Shown here one piece after another: positions 38,883-48,840 of a DNA stretch of 64,000 bases. A program made the position numbers and the translations under genes. Origin of the DNA: an uncultured Acidobacteriota bacterium (GTDB lineage Bacteria; Acidobacteriota; UBA6911); NCBI GenBank assembly GCA_963827655.1, contig CAWHCF010000023.1:128001-192000 (forward strand), in the 5' to 3' direction. The notes under the pieces were generated by a model that did no database searches, was not told the DNA's origin, and worked only from the letters and a program-made list of their open reading frames with translations. Numbering within the stretch: the first letter of the stretch is position 1; every line of letters begins with the position of its first letter.

Positions 38883-39738
38883 CTACTCGACTATCTTTCC
38901 GATGAGCCACATATGCCCGAAGGGGTCCACCAGGGCACCTTGCAGCATCTTCTTGATCGGGCGCGGTCCAGTCATAGAGTGCTTGTGTTCGCTCACCGGA
39001 CTTCGCTCGACAGCTCCGGCGGCCAAAGCGCGCCTGTGCACCGGCGACGGGGTCGTCAACGAAGAGCTCGATCCTGACGGTCGTGAAGCCGGCGGCGGCT
39101 GGCCCTCGTGTCCCGTGAGGGGGCGACTCGTGCGCGATGAAGAATTTGGCGCCGTGAACCGAAAGTCCAGCGACGACGTGTCCACCGCTTTCCAGGTGCC
39201 ACAGGACGGATGCGCCGAATGCGGCTTTGTAGAACTCGATGGCAGCGCTCCCGTCGCCGACGGCCAACATGGGAGAGATTTGAGGCGTCATGACCGCGGG
39301 CTGGGAAACCGTGGCTCCCCACTCGTCAGGGCTCACGTCGCGAGCATGCCGCGAAAACAGCCAATGATGGCCAGCGAGATCCTCGGCTCCGTATTGTCGC
39401 TCACCGTACACGGTTTCGTTGAGATCCTCCACGATCTTGGCGCCTGCGGATTTCGCCTTTTGGAAATGGGCATCCACATCGTCGAGGAACACACTCAGAC
39501 TCTGGGTTCCGTATCCCATTTGCGCCGGACTTGCGCTGCCTGGCCCGGCTCTTTTGAGCATGATCCATGCGTTGCCGAGATGCATTTGTGCTCCGCTGAC
39601 CGGTCCACCAGGTTCGCCGTACCGATAGTGTTCGCTGAACCCGAATGTCTTGGTCAGCCAAACAATAGCCTCGACAACGTCCTGATAAACGACGTGCGGC
39701 AGCAAAGTGTCGGTGGGCACGGAGCGATTCGATATCAC
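38883..39738 (-). CDS. Two-domain VOC/glyoxalase (PhnB-like) protein, frameshift near 39045
   Basis: YGERQYGAEDLAGHHW, AAIEFYKAAFGA, LVDPFGHMWLI; GGAGG RBS before GTG 39738. Confidence 0.8.
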
Positions 39739-39924
39739 TAGACTTGCCTCCTGATGAGGATTCGGAAAAGCCCTCATCCTAGTTCAGATTTCAGCCGTTC
39801 ACGATACGAGGGCTGTCACAAATCCACAATACGGCGCGTGGACGGTATCCACAGCGCATCCTGAATTCCGGTTGACGTACTTTAATAGCGTGCTCTCGGG
39901 CCTCGCGACCTCAGCGGTCGATCA

Positions 39925-40728
39925 TTAGACTGTCGGCACGGTGCCGCCGTCGATGACGTATTCCGTGCCGGAGATCGAGCCGGCGCGCGGGGAGACGAGA
40001 AAGGCAATCAGATCCGCTACTTCCCCGGGTTGGGCCGGGCGGCCGATCGGGATGCCGCCGAGCGAGTCCATCAAAGCTTTCCGGGCGCCATCGTAGTCAG
40101 TGCCTTTGTTTGCCGCCAACTCATTGACCAGGCCCACGGCAGCTTCTGTCTCGACCCAGCCAGGGGAAACCCGGACCACGCGAATGCCCTTCGGGCTCAC
40201 CTCCTTGGACAGACCCTTGCTGTAGTTCGCGAGTGCCGCCTTCGCCGCTGCATAGGCGATGGTGGCTTCGGGCAGCGGCATCACGCGCTGGATGGAAGTG
40301 ATATGAATAATCACGCCAGAGCCCTGATTGAGCATCATCGGCAAGAGCGCCCGATCCAGACGGACAGCCGGGAACAGATTTAGCGAGAGTGCGCGATGCC
40401 ACTCGTCATCGTCCAGTACCGAGAAGCCGCCAGCGGGCGCTGACGATCCCCCGACGACATGGACAATGATGTCAACGCCGCCGAGGCGTTTGCGAACCGC
40501 ATCGGCCACGGCCGCGCATCCTTCGGCAGTGGTGATATCCGTCGCGACGAATAAATCCGTATCGGTAAGATCGCGGGGTTGCCTGCGGGCGGTGATGAGG
40601 ACCGTCGCACCGCCCTCGCGCAGTCGGGCCGCCACCGCCTGGCCGATCCCTTTGGTGCCACCCGTTACGAGAACTCGCTTGCCTTCAAACTCGTGGGCAT
40701 CGACAGTGAATTCATGTGGATTGGGCAT
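39925..40728 (-). CDS. SDR-family oxidoreductase
   Basis: [28 protein letters not shown]. Confidence 0.92.
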   Translation of the reverse strand: MPNPHEFTVDAHEFEGKRVLVTGGTKGIGQAVAARLREGGATVLITARRQPRDLTDTDLFVATDITTAEGCAAVADAVRKRLGGVDIIVHVVGGSSAPAGGFSVLDDDEWHRALSLNLFPAVRLDRALLPMMLNQGSGVIIHITSIQRVMPLPEATIAYAAAKAALANYSKGLSKEVSPKGIRVVRVSPGWVETEAAVGLVNELAANKGTDYDGARKALMDSLGGIPIGRPAQPGEVADLIAFLVSPRAGSISGTEYVIDGGTVPTV

Positions 40729-40856
40729 CAATGTATCTCCAGAGGTGCAATTTTGCCGGCTGCAAGACCAAAGCGCCATCGAAGGCCTGACCGCCATCAA
40801 GGAATGGAAGGCTGAAACCCAGGCGAAATACTCAGTATGGAGGTTAAGCTTAGCTC

Positions 40857-41243
40857 ATGGCAAGAACACACAAAAAAGTAAGGTACTCACCTAAAGGTAA
40901 GCGAGCTGACCTGACACCGACCTCCGCGGCTGAAGGTGTTGAGGACGCTCTCAAGATTCTGGAAGGCAGGTGGAAGCTGGTAATCTTGTTTCACCTGTTC
41001 GGTGGCAAGGTGCTCCGCTTTTCGGAACTCGAACGGGCGATCCCGGCAGTGTCTCAGAAGATGCTCATCCAGCAGCTTCGCCAGATGGAAGCCGATGGAA
41101 TTGTCCGGCGCATCCTCCACCCGCAGGTTCCGCCCAAAGTCGAGTATTGTCTTACAACGTGGGGACAAGCGTTGTGCCCGGCGCTCGATGCCCTGCTGAA
41201 ATGGGCGGCGCTGCGCGACAAGATGCCTGGTGCTACCGATTGA
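40857..41243 (+). CDS. HxlR-family winged-helix regulator
   Basis: GRWKLVIL, RFSEL, SQKMLIQQLRQME, VPPKVEY; divergent from the SDR. Confidence 0.92.
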   Translation: MARTHKKVRYSPKGKRADLTPTSAAEGVEDALKILEGRWKLVILFHLFGGKVLRFSELERAIPAVSQKMLIQQLRQMEADGIVRRILHPQVPPKVEYCLTTWGQALCPALDALLKWAALRDKMPGATD

Positions 41244-41500
41244 GCGAAGATGCGGCCGAGCAAGGAAGTCACTATTCCGTTTTATTCCATGAAGACGGCC
41301 GGCAGAATCGGAGTCGAGGAATCAGTGGTTTAGTTGCCACGTATCAACCGTCTTAGACGCGTAAGTAACCTGCCCTGGCAAAGCAAACGGCGAGGTTCTG
41401 GCAAGGTACAAGTGAAGGCAAATTAAGCGGTCGGAAAGATGCAAGTCCCGCCACCTGGTGTAGCACTACGGAACTGAACTCTCCGGTTGCTCGTCTGTAA

Positions 41501-42787
41501 TCACGGGAGTATCCTAAGCTCTAATGTGGAAGACGCCGAACCATAAATCTTGCCGGCTTTCACGGTAGCGACCGGGACCAGCTTGAGATTCCCGGTCCGC
41601 TTCTGATTCATCGCATCTACGAATTCAAATTTCCCCTCGGTCAGCGAGAATACCGCCACGTCGGCCTCGGCCCCCTCGCGCAAGGTGCCCAGCCCGTCTG
41701 GAAAGCCAAAGGTGCGGGCAGGGTTGGTCGCGGCACGCTCGATCACCTGATCCAGAGTCAATCCCATGAGCATAAACTTCGAGAGCGTCGTTGCCAGATC
41801 ATACACAGGACCGTTCACGTTAAACTGATGCACGTCGCTCGAGATGGTGCCGGGAAGCAGATCCTGCTTGATCGCCTTCTCCGCCACATCGAAGGCGAAG
41901 CTTCCGCGCCCGTGCCCGACGTCGAGTCGCACACCGCGGCCGACCGCGGCGCGTACTTCGGGCAATACACGGCCGCCTGAATCCAGAATGCCGCCTTGGT
42001 TTCCGTGAAAGGTGTGGGTAATAACGTCCCCCTTGGTCATTACCGGAAGAATGTCGCTGAGCTGCGTGCTGGTGTTGCCGATGTGCACCATCAGAGGAAG
42101 TTTGACGGCATCGGCTGCCTCCTTGGCCAACCGGAGGGCGGAAAGATCATGTTCACCGGCAATCTGTCGCGAGAGCCTGACTTTGACTCCCAGGATCACG
42201 TCCCGGTTCTGCTCTATGGTTCGGATCGCGAGTTTGGGGTTGGCATAGCGCAGATCGAGCAGCTCGCCGTGCGGGTTGTCGTCGGACAGCGTCGATTGAC
42301 CGACCACCGAAATATTCAGCAACGCGTAAACCCGGGTGTCGACTACGTTGATCACGTATTTGCGCAGGCCCGGAAATGTGTGGGCTCCGGCTGAGCCGGC
42401 ATCGAGTACGGTGGTAACTCCCTTCGCGATGCAGTTCGGGTCGGCCGGAATGCCCAGCGGCGCCACACCGTCGTAAACGTGGACATGAACATCGATCAGC
42501 CCCGGAGTCACGACCTTGCCGCGGGCGTTCAGCACATGGCGCGCCTCCGTCTCCTGGATCCCGGCGGCAACCCGGGCGATCTTCCGGCCCGAAACGGCGA
42601 TATCCAGCTCGCCGGAAAGTTGCTGGGACGGATCTATCACCCGCCCCCCCTTGACCACCAGATCGTAGCGCGGCGCGGGCTGGGCTTGAGCCGCAAGCAG
42701 ATCGCGCCCGGCTTCCGCCAGGCTGCACACCAGCCAGGATCCGATGGCTGTTTGGTGCAAGAATTCTCGCCGGGTAACATGGTGCAT
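41501..42787 (-). CDS. Tat-exported metallo-amidohydrolase (dihydroorotase-like/deacetylase family)
   Basis: TRREFL, PGLIDVHVH, GVKVR, MVHIG, DVGHGRGSF, ISSDVH. Confidence 0.88.
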   Translation of the reverse strand: MHHVTRREFLHQTAIGSWLVCSLAEAGRDLLAAQAQPAPRYDLVVKGGRVIDPSQQLSGELDIAVSGRKIARVAAGIQETEARHVLNARGKVVTPGLIDVHVHVYDGVAPLGIPADPNCIAKGVTTVLDAGSAGAHTFPGLRKYVINVVDTRVYALLNISVVGQSTLSDDNPHGELLDLRYANPKLAIRTIEQNRDVILGVKVRLSRQIAGEHDLSALRLAKEAADAVKLPLMVHIGNTSTQLSDILPVMTKGDVITHTFHGNQGGILDSGGRVLPEVRAAVGRGVRLDVGHGRGSFAFDVAEKAIKQDLLPGTISSDVHQFNVNGPVYDLATTLSKFMLMGLTLDQVIERAATNPARTFGFPDGLGTLREGAEADVAVFSLTEGKFEFVDAMNQKRTGNLKLVPVATVKAGKIYGSASSTLELRILP

Positions 42788-42881
42788 GATGACAGCCTCC
42801 TTCGCGTCTTCGTGGTTGTGTGATTCTGTAACACATTAACCGCGAAGCGGCAAAGACGCCAAGAGATCTTCGAAACTTTTT

Positions 42882-42910
42882 GGAACTTTAAGGCGCCGCC
42901 GGAGGAATAA
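42882..42910 (+). promoter_or_regulatory. Candidate ECF-sigma autoregulatory promoter
   Basis: GGAACT-N17-GAATAA, 24 bp upstream of the ECF sigma start. Confidence 0.45.
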
Positions 42911-42934
42911 CATATGGATCGCACATAACAGACA

Positions 42935-43543
42935 ATGACAGCACTAGCCGACGCCAGCACCAACCATCTCCTGAGCCGGATGCAAGCCGGGGACGAGGCG
43001 GCCTTCGCCGAGCTTTACCGGCGGCTGCAAGGGAAAATTTACTGTTTTGCCCTTCAGATGAGCGGATCCGCCAGTATTGCCGAGGAGGTCACACAGGAAG
43101 TCTTTCTCACGCTGATCCGAGATCCGCGGCGCTACGATGCGCGGCGTGGACCTGTATCTGGATACCTCTACGGCATCGCCCGAAACTGCGTTCTTCGCTC
43201 ATTACAAACGAGGCGATCGGATACGCCGATCGAGGAAGAGGGCTGCGCCGAGTTCCTGATGGTTCAGGAGAACCCGCTCGGCGATCTGACGCGAAAAGAA
43301 ACGATCGAAGAGGTGCGCCGAGCCGTGCTGAGTCTGCCCGGGCATTATCGCGAGGTCGTCGTCCTCTGTGATTTGCATGAAATGGATTACGCCGAAGCAA
43401 GCAATGTGCTTTCCTGCTCGGTGGGGACCGTTCGCTCGCGCCTGCACCGCGCGCGCAAGCTGCTACTCGATAAACTCAAATCGAGAAGCGCCAGCTCCCC
43501 AGCCGGAGTGACGCTTCAACATCTGGCGAGGTGTACACGATGA
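42935..43543 (+). CDS. ECF RNA polymerase sigma factor
   Basis: GDEAAFAELY, AEEVTQEVF, YLYGIARN, SVGTVRSRLHRAR. Confidence 0.92.
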   Translation: MTALADASTNHLLSRMQAGDEAAFAELYRRLQGKIYCFALQMSGSASIAEEVTQEVFLTLIRDPRRYDARRGPVSGYLYGIARNCVLRSLQTRRSDTPIEEEGCAEFLMVQENPLGDLTRKETIEEVRRAVLSLPGHYREVVVLCDLHEMDYAEASNVLSCSVGTVRSRLHRARKLLLDKLKSRSASSPAGVTLQHLARCTR

Positions 43544-44300
43544 ACTGCCAGGAATTCGATGCCATCGTCCTCGACCTGGTCCGCGGGAATCTGAAGGCGA
43601 CTGCCGCCCGCCGGGACGGCATGGCCCACGCATCGAATTGCCGTGGGTGTGCCGAACGGCTTTCCCAGGAACGTGTTTTAAGCGCCGGGCTCCAGGCCTG
43701 GGCCGAAAGTTCAGGCCGCGAGCCAGGCGCCGGAGCGGCTCGAAGCCGCGCTGCTCGCTGCCTTCCGGGCTCAGGCGCCGCTGCGTGCCGCCCACAGAGA
43801 CACGGAGAGCCGTCCGGCAAGGTTGAAGCTCGCCGCAGCCGGCATCCTGATACTCCTGGGAGCGACTCTGGCATTCCTCGAGAATGGCAGAGTCCGCGGC
43901 CCTTCACCATCCGCCGGCCGGAAAACTCTCTGCCGGCCCTGTCGGGGCTGCGCCACAGATCGAGTCTGAATCCGAGCGCAGGCCTGTCAAGGAGACTGCG
44001 CAACCCCGACCGGCAGCTCAGGCGAAACGCCAGATCGCCCGGCCTGCCGGCGCGCGTGTGGCGTCGAATCGGGTTGAGGAAATCACCACAGGCTTCATTC
44101 CTTTACCGTATGGAAGCGGTTTGAATCTGTGGGAAGACGGCCCTGCGGCAAAGATCCATCTCATACGGATGCGGCTTCCCCGCTCGGCGCTGCTTACGAC
44201 AGGTTTGCCCATGAACGAAGAGCGCGCCGATGAACCGGTCCTGGCCGACGTACTCTTCACGGAGGATGGCCTGGCGCGAGGAATCCGCTTTGTTAATTGA
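43540..44300 (+). CDS. Putative zinc-finger anti-sigma factor, frameshifted
   Basis: MNCQEF..HASNCRGC (HxxxCxxC), then C-terminal FIPLPYG..RMRLPRSAL...VLADVLFTEDGLARGIRFV in another frame. Confidence 0.7.
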
Positions 44301-44346
44301 ATGACCGGTCTTAACATAAACACTTAAACAACGAGGAGAAGGAGAA

Positions 44347-45277
44347 ATGAATACTCCGAAAACCATGATGATGGCCGCACTCGCCATACTGAGCGGCGCG
44401 GGCGGTATGTTCGCGCAGAAGGTCGAGGTAGCCGGACCCGAGGCCGACTTCACCTTGATGAAGGAGAAGGTCTGGATGGCTGCCGAACTGAGCTATGGGA
44501 CCAAACCCATCAAGGGCGCCCCTTATTCGGCGCAGGCGGTCAAAGAAATTGAACAGGTGCTCATCGATGGCAATCGCATCTACCGCCGAACCGCGTCATC
44601 GATCTACCGCGACAGCGAGGGACGGACGCGGCACGAGCAAAGCCCGATCGGGATCGGACCCTTCGCGGCCGGTGACGAAACTCTCGTCTTTATCAACGAC
44701 CCCGTTACGAGTGTCACCTATGTCCTGGAACCGCGGAGCCACACAGCGCGAAAATCAACTCACGTGGTGCTTGCCGGGCCGCCGGGAGAGCGAGCTGGTA
44801 TGGCTGTGTTCGGCGCGGTCGGGTCTAGCGCGGTCGGCGTCTGGCGCGGTCGCGTCTGGTGTGGCGTTTGGCGGGCAGCCGGGAGAGCTGCCGCGAGCGC
44901 ATTTCAAGGCACGTCTGGAGGGCGGCCCGAGTAATGTTCGACGCGAATCGCTTGGGAAGCAGATGGTCGAAGGCGTGGAGGCGGAAGGAACTCGGACGGT
45001 GATTACGATTCCCGCCGGACAAATCGGCAACGAACGAGCGATTGAGATAATTTCCGAGCGTTGGTACTCCGATGAACTGGCGGCCGTCATCATGAGCCGC
45101 GAGCTCGATCCACGCTCCGGCGAGACTCGCTATCGCCTCACCAACCTCAGCCGCGCCGAACCTCCGCGCGCGCTCTTCGAAGTCCCCTCGGACTACACGA
45201 TCGAGGATGGCGGCAGCCATCCGGGACACTTCCAGATGTTTGTTCCGCCCGTCAAGTTCGCCGGCCCGAAGCCTTGA
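44347..45277 (+). CDS. Secreted hypothetical protein of the ECF cassette, frameshift near 44830
   Basis: Signal peptide, GAPYSA...DGNRI...YRDSEGRTR, ESLGKQMVEGV..GTR...GNER..ERWYS.EL..DPRSGE. Confidence 0.75.
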
Positions 45278-45315
45278 ATGTTCAGTATATTTGGCGGGAG
45301 TAAGGCGCTCTCTTG

Positions 45316-45388
45316 ATAGGGGCAGGGGCGGGCGTTCGCCGCCCCTCCCTCCGAACCGTGCAGGCGGTTTTCCCGCACACGGCTCTCC
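45316..45388 (-). ncRNA. Group II intron 3' remnant (domains V and VI)
   Basis: Minus strand GAGCCGTGTGCGGGAAAACCGCCTGCACGGTTC-GGAGGG-AGGGGCGGCGAACGCCCGCCCCTGCCCCTAT: AGC triad, domain VI hairpin, AY end. Confidence 0.8.
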
Positions 45389-45399
45389 AAAGCACGAAA

Positions 45400-45620
45400 A
45401 CTGCTTCATTTCCTCGTCTGTCACTTTGATCCCTGTGCTGTATTTCTTTCTGATCAGGCAAGCGGTCACTGTCAGTCCCTGCTCGGTGTTCGTGCGCCGG
45501 ATGTAGTTCAGCCGTACCATAGCGGTCGAGCGGGCGGCCCGCCCATTCCTTGCTGATTTCGCTGAAGAGCCGGTGCTCGATGATATTCCACTTGGATGCA
45601 CCGGTGGGATAGTGTCGCAT
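45400..45620 (-). pseudogene. ISAzo13-family transposase C-terminal fragment
   Basis: HYPTGASKWNIIEHRLFSEISKEWAGRPL then YIRRTNTEQGLTVTA...YSTGIKVTDEEM in a shifted frame. Confidence 0.8.
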
Positions 45621-45720
45621 TCAGTCCGCTGACCGAGCAGGCATTGACAACCAACGCGTTTGGCCATAGAATGCCCGTTCCTCAAACCGAAGTTTCTCCA
45701 TCCTGAAAGGAAAGTTGCGC

Positions 45721-46398
45721 ATGCAAAGAGCTTTGATGTTGTTTGCCTTGGTGTGCCTCGCCTTGACTCCCGCGTTGGCCCAGGATCCCGTGAAAGTGGC
45801 GGCGAAGCAATGCAAGGTGGCGCTCGAAAACGAATACGTACGAATTTTGCATTGGACCGTCAGCGCGAACCAAAAGACCCCCATGCACGAGCACCCCGCT
45901 CTGGTGTCGATTTCGCTGTCCTCCGGCAAGACTCGCTTTGCGACTCCCGACGGAAAGACAACGGAAGTGGAGACCAAGGCCGGTCAAGCGACGTGGAGCG
46001 ATTCGGAAAAACATTCAAGTGAGGAATTGAGCGGCAAGGCGGGCGAAGTCATTCAAGTAGAACTGAAGAAGAAACCGTCTGCCGCCATGACGGCCGTCCC
46101 AGCCTCCGAAGATTCCCTCAAGGTGGATCCAAAACACTACAAAGTTGAATTCCAGAATGACCAGGTCCGCGTCCTACGGATCAAATACGGGCCGAAAGAA
46201 AAGTCCGTAATGCATTCGCATCCGGCAAACGTTGCCGTTTTTCTCACGGACGGACAGGGGAAATTCACCTTAGCCGACGGCAAGACACAGGAGGAGAGTT
46301 TCAAAGCGGGGCAGTCGCGGTGGGCGGACAAAGATAAACACCTGCCGGAGAATCCCACCGCCAAACCGTTTGAAGTGATTCTGGTCGAGTTGAAATAG
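45721..46398 (+). CDS. Secreted bicupin-like protein
   Basis: Signal peptide; two repeats ENEYVRIL..PMHEHP..H..E and QNDQVRVL..VMHSHP..H..E, each ending V/ELK. Confidence 0.75.
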   Translation: MQRALMLFALVCLALTPALAQDPVKVAAKQCKVALENEYVRILHWTVSANQKTPMHEHPALVSISLSSGKTRFATPDGKTTEVETKAGQATWSDSEKHSSEELSGKAGEVIQVELKKKPSAAMTAVPASEDSLKVDPKHYKVEFQNDQVRVLRIKYGPKEKSVMHSHPANVAVFLTDGQGKFTLADGKTQEESFKAGQSRWADKDKHLPENPTAKPFEVILVELK

Positions 46399-46659
46399 AA
46401 GTTTCGAACAATCAACACGAGGCTGGGGGGAAGGGCAATCCATCTTTCGCCACAGTTGGGTACTTGGAGGCCGGCCCGGCCCAGTCGCTACTTGCTCGGG
46501 GATGGAGCGCGTCGTGGCAGCACTTCATATCGAATCCTGCTTCATTCCCTGGAGCTTGAGGATCGGAATAACGTGTCGCGGGGCGCTCAGGCAGTCCGCT
46601 GGGCGGCCGCGGAGAATATCGCACTCGACGATCCTGCGGCCAACGGTTAGAATCTGATC

Positions 46660-46869
46660 ATGCGCATCACACAAGGCAAAGTAACGGGTGGGCATATCGT
46701 CGTGGAAGGTGAGTCTCTAAGGGAGGGGTCGACCGTTACGATCCTGGTACCCGATGAAGGTAGCTTCACCCTGAGCAAAGAGGACGAAGCTGCCCTTCTC
46801 GAATCGATCGCTGAGGCGGATCGGGATGAGTTACTCGACGGTAGAGATGTCCTGAACCAGCTTCCCTAA
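46660..46869 (+). CDS. Small acidic protein, probable antitoxin
   Basis: 69 aa, GKV.GG.IVVE..L.EG..V beta region and LLESIAEADR helix; 6 bp before a RelE/ParE-like gene. Confidence 0.6.
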   Translation: MRITQGKVTGGHIVVEGESLREGSTVTILVPDEGSFTLSKEDEAALLESIAEADRDELLDGRDVLNQLP

Positions 46870-46875
46870 CCGGCA

Positions 46876-47171
46876 ATGCTGCCGATCAAGGTCACCCGCC
46901 GTGCTGCTGCCCAGATACGAGAGGCGGCAATCTGGTGGTTGACAAACAGGCCGGCGGCTCCGGAAACTCTCAAGGAAGAGATTCGACGAGTGTTCGACCT
47001 CATAGCCCAGCAGCCTGCCATTGGGGCTCGCGCTACGAACATCAGGTTAACGGGAATTAGACGAATCCATCTCAGCCGGGTTCACTATCACTCTACTATC
47101 GGGTTCGGTCGACCCGCATCGAAGTTGTGGCATTGTGACATACAAGCCGCGCGATCGGTCCGTACGTGTAA
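46876..47171 (+). pseudogene. RelE/ParE-family toxin with a frameshift and an in-frame TGA
   Basis: VTRRAAAQIREAAIWW..IAQQPAIG..IRRIHL.RVHY, then shifted LYYRV..IEVVAL*HTSR. Confidence 0.7.
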
Positions 47172-47689
47172 AGCCTGCCGAACGCCGTTTCGGATCGTCT
47201 GCTCCGTGCTGCATCGCATCGTGCTTTACACGGCTTTGCTGAGCCGCTTATAATCGCCTCTGTTGCCGGGTGGTTGCCGCCCCTCTGGAAATCGCGCTCG
47301 CACCCGTACCACACAATTGAACAAAGAAACTGCTACCCTGGCTTCCTGTGAGAGGCACAGCGGTGTCAATTTCTGCCACTCTCGTTCATATCGGCGCCTC
47401 CCTCCCCCGGGATGCTGGCCACGGCGCTCAATAGCAGAGGGTTGGTCCCGGCCGTCGAAGCTTTCGATTGCGCTAAGGGCGCTTTCATCTCGTCACGATC
47501 AAATGTGTCGAAGCCGATCATGCCGCCGCGCCTCAACAGGCTGATCTTGGATCGGGAATCGGAAGCCCGGCCGCACCGAGCGGCTTTCGAAGATGAACCT
47601 CCCATCTCCGGCATTGTGGGCCAGACCATGCGCTGGGTTTTGGGGTACGATCGCCCCTACATCGCACCCAAGACCGGGAATCAGTGACC

Positions 47690-48023
47690 ATGTCCAACCC
47701 TTTCTTCGACCACCCGATCCTGAACTCCCCTTACGATAACCCGCAACGGCACTGGGAGTTGGACTCTTCCGGGCAGCCGACACAGCGCATCATCGAACGG
47801 CGCCGTCGTGCAGAGTTCATTACGCCGATTCCGAAGCCCAAGAAGCGAAAATCCAAGGGGGCACAGCCAGGACTGGTCTTCGACGAAGGAAAAGGGCTCT
47901 CGACAAAGGAGCAGCAATACGAATCCTACCTCCATCATCAACGACGTGCGCGGGCAGGTCGCCACCTGGCGAGAGTTGCCTCGCAGCTCATGGCAAGTTA
48001 CGCCTGAATCCGCCCGGCTGCTT
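47690..48023 (+). pseudogene. N-terminal fragment of a type III restriction endonuclease-like (BPTD_3080-type) gene
   Basis: MSNPFFDHPILNSPY.NPQRHWELD..GQPT..RRRAEFITPIPKPKKRK...PTSIINDVR..V..WR...WQVTPESARLL. Confidence 0.7.
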
Positions 48024-48673
48024 ATCCGCGGGCGAGCCAGGACCCTACGCATCAACTACCGCACCTCCCACCAGATACGGCAACAGGCCGACCGCCTGCT
48101 CGGTCCGGAAATGACCGATGTGGACGGCAACGTGGAGTACCGCAGCGACGCCATTTCCGTCTTCAACGGCCCGGCGCCCATCATAAGCGTCGTCGGGAAC
48201 GAGGGTGAAGAAATCAGAGTCGTCGGAGGATGGCTTTCCGAACAGGCGAAAGCCGGAATTCAGCCGCATGAATTCGGCGTGTTCGTGCGCTCAACCGGGC
48301 AACTGGAGCGCGCCCAGGACGCCGTTAAGGAAGCCGGGTTGCCGTTCAAGATTCTCGACGAGCGCGTTGAGACGACCAGCGGTCATGTTTCCATCAGCAC
48401 GATGCACGTAGCCAAAGGGTTGGAATTCCGCAGCGTGGCGGTGATGGCCTGCGACGACGAAATCATTCCCCTGCAGGAGCGTATCGAGGCGTGGGCGACG
48501 ATGCGGACCTACAAGAAGTTTACGACACGGAGCGCCACCTCCTCTACGTCGCATGCACACGCGCGAGAGATCATCTGCTTGTGACGGGCGTCATACCCGC
48601 GTCTGAGTTCTTGGATGACTTGAAGACGAAACCCTCCAGGCTCGCTAACAGCTTGCCGACCCCTGATTCTTAG
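48024..48673 (+). pseudogene. C-terminal fragment of a UvrD-like SF1 helicase, fused in frame to the preceding fragment
   Basis: IRGRARTLRINYRTSHQIR, STMHVAKGLEF, ERHLLYVACTRARDHL (motifs IV-VI only; no Walker A/B). Confidence 0.75.
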
Positions 48674-48840
48674 CGTTTCTTCGTGTCTTTGCGTCTTTGT
48701 GGTGGCTTTTGGTTTTTCCGTCCTTCCCATCGAAAATTCAAAATTCAACGTCTGACCTCTCGCTTGTTGGCGTACAATCTCCCGCACTAGTCGGTAGCGG
48801 GTCATTTTCACGGACAGCCTAATCCGAAGGGGAATACTGT

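Noticed and set aside
39748-39780. CTGATGAG...GAAA as a hammerhead ribozyme (CTGATGAG also at 32644)
   Set aside because: No stem II/III pairing around the core; the 39.75-kb site is a simple gatgagg/cctcatc hairpin
47412-47687. 91-aa ORF overlapping the start region of the restriction fragment
   Set aside because: No recognisable motif or RBS; could be a remnant but is unsupported
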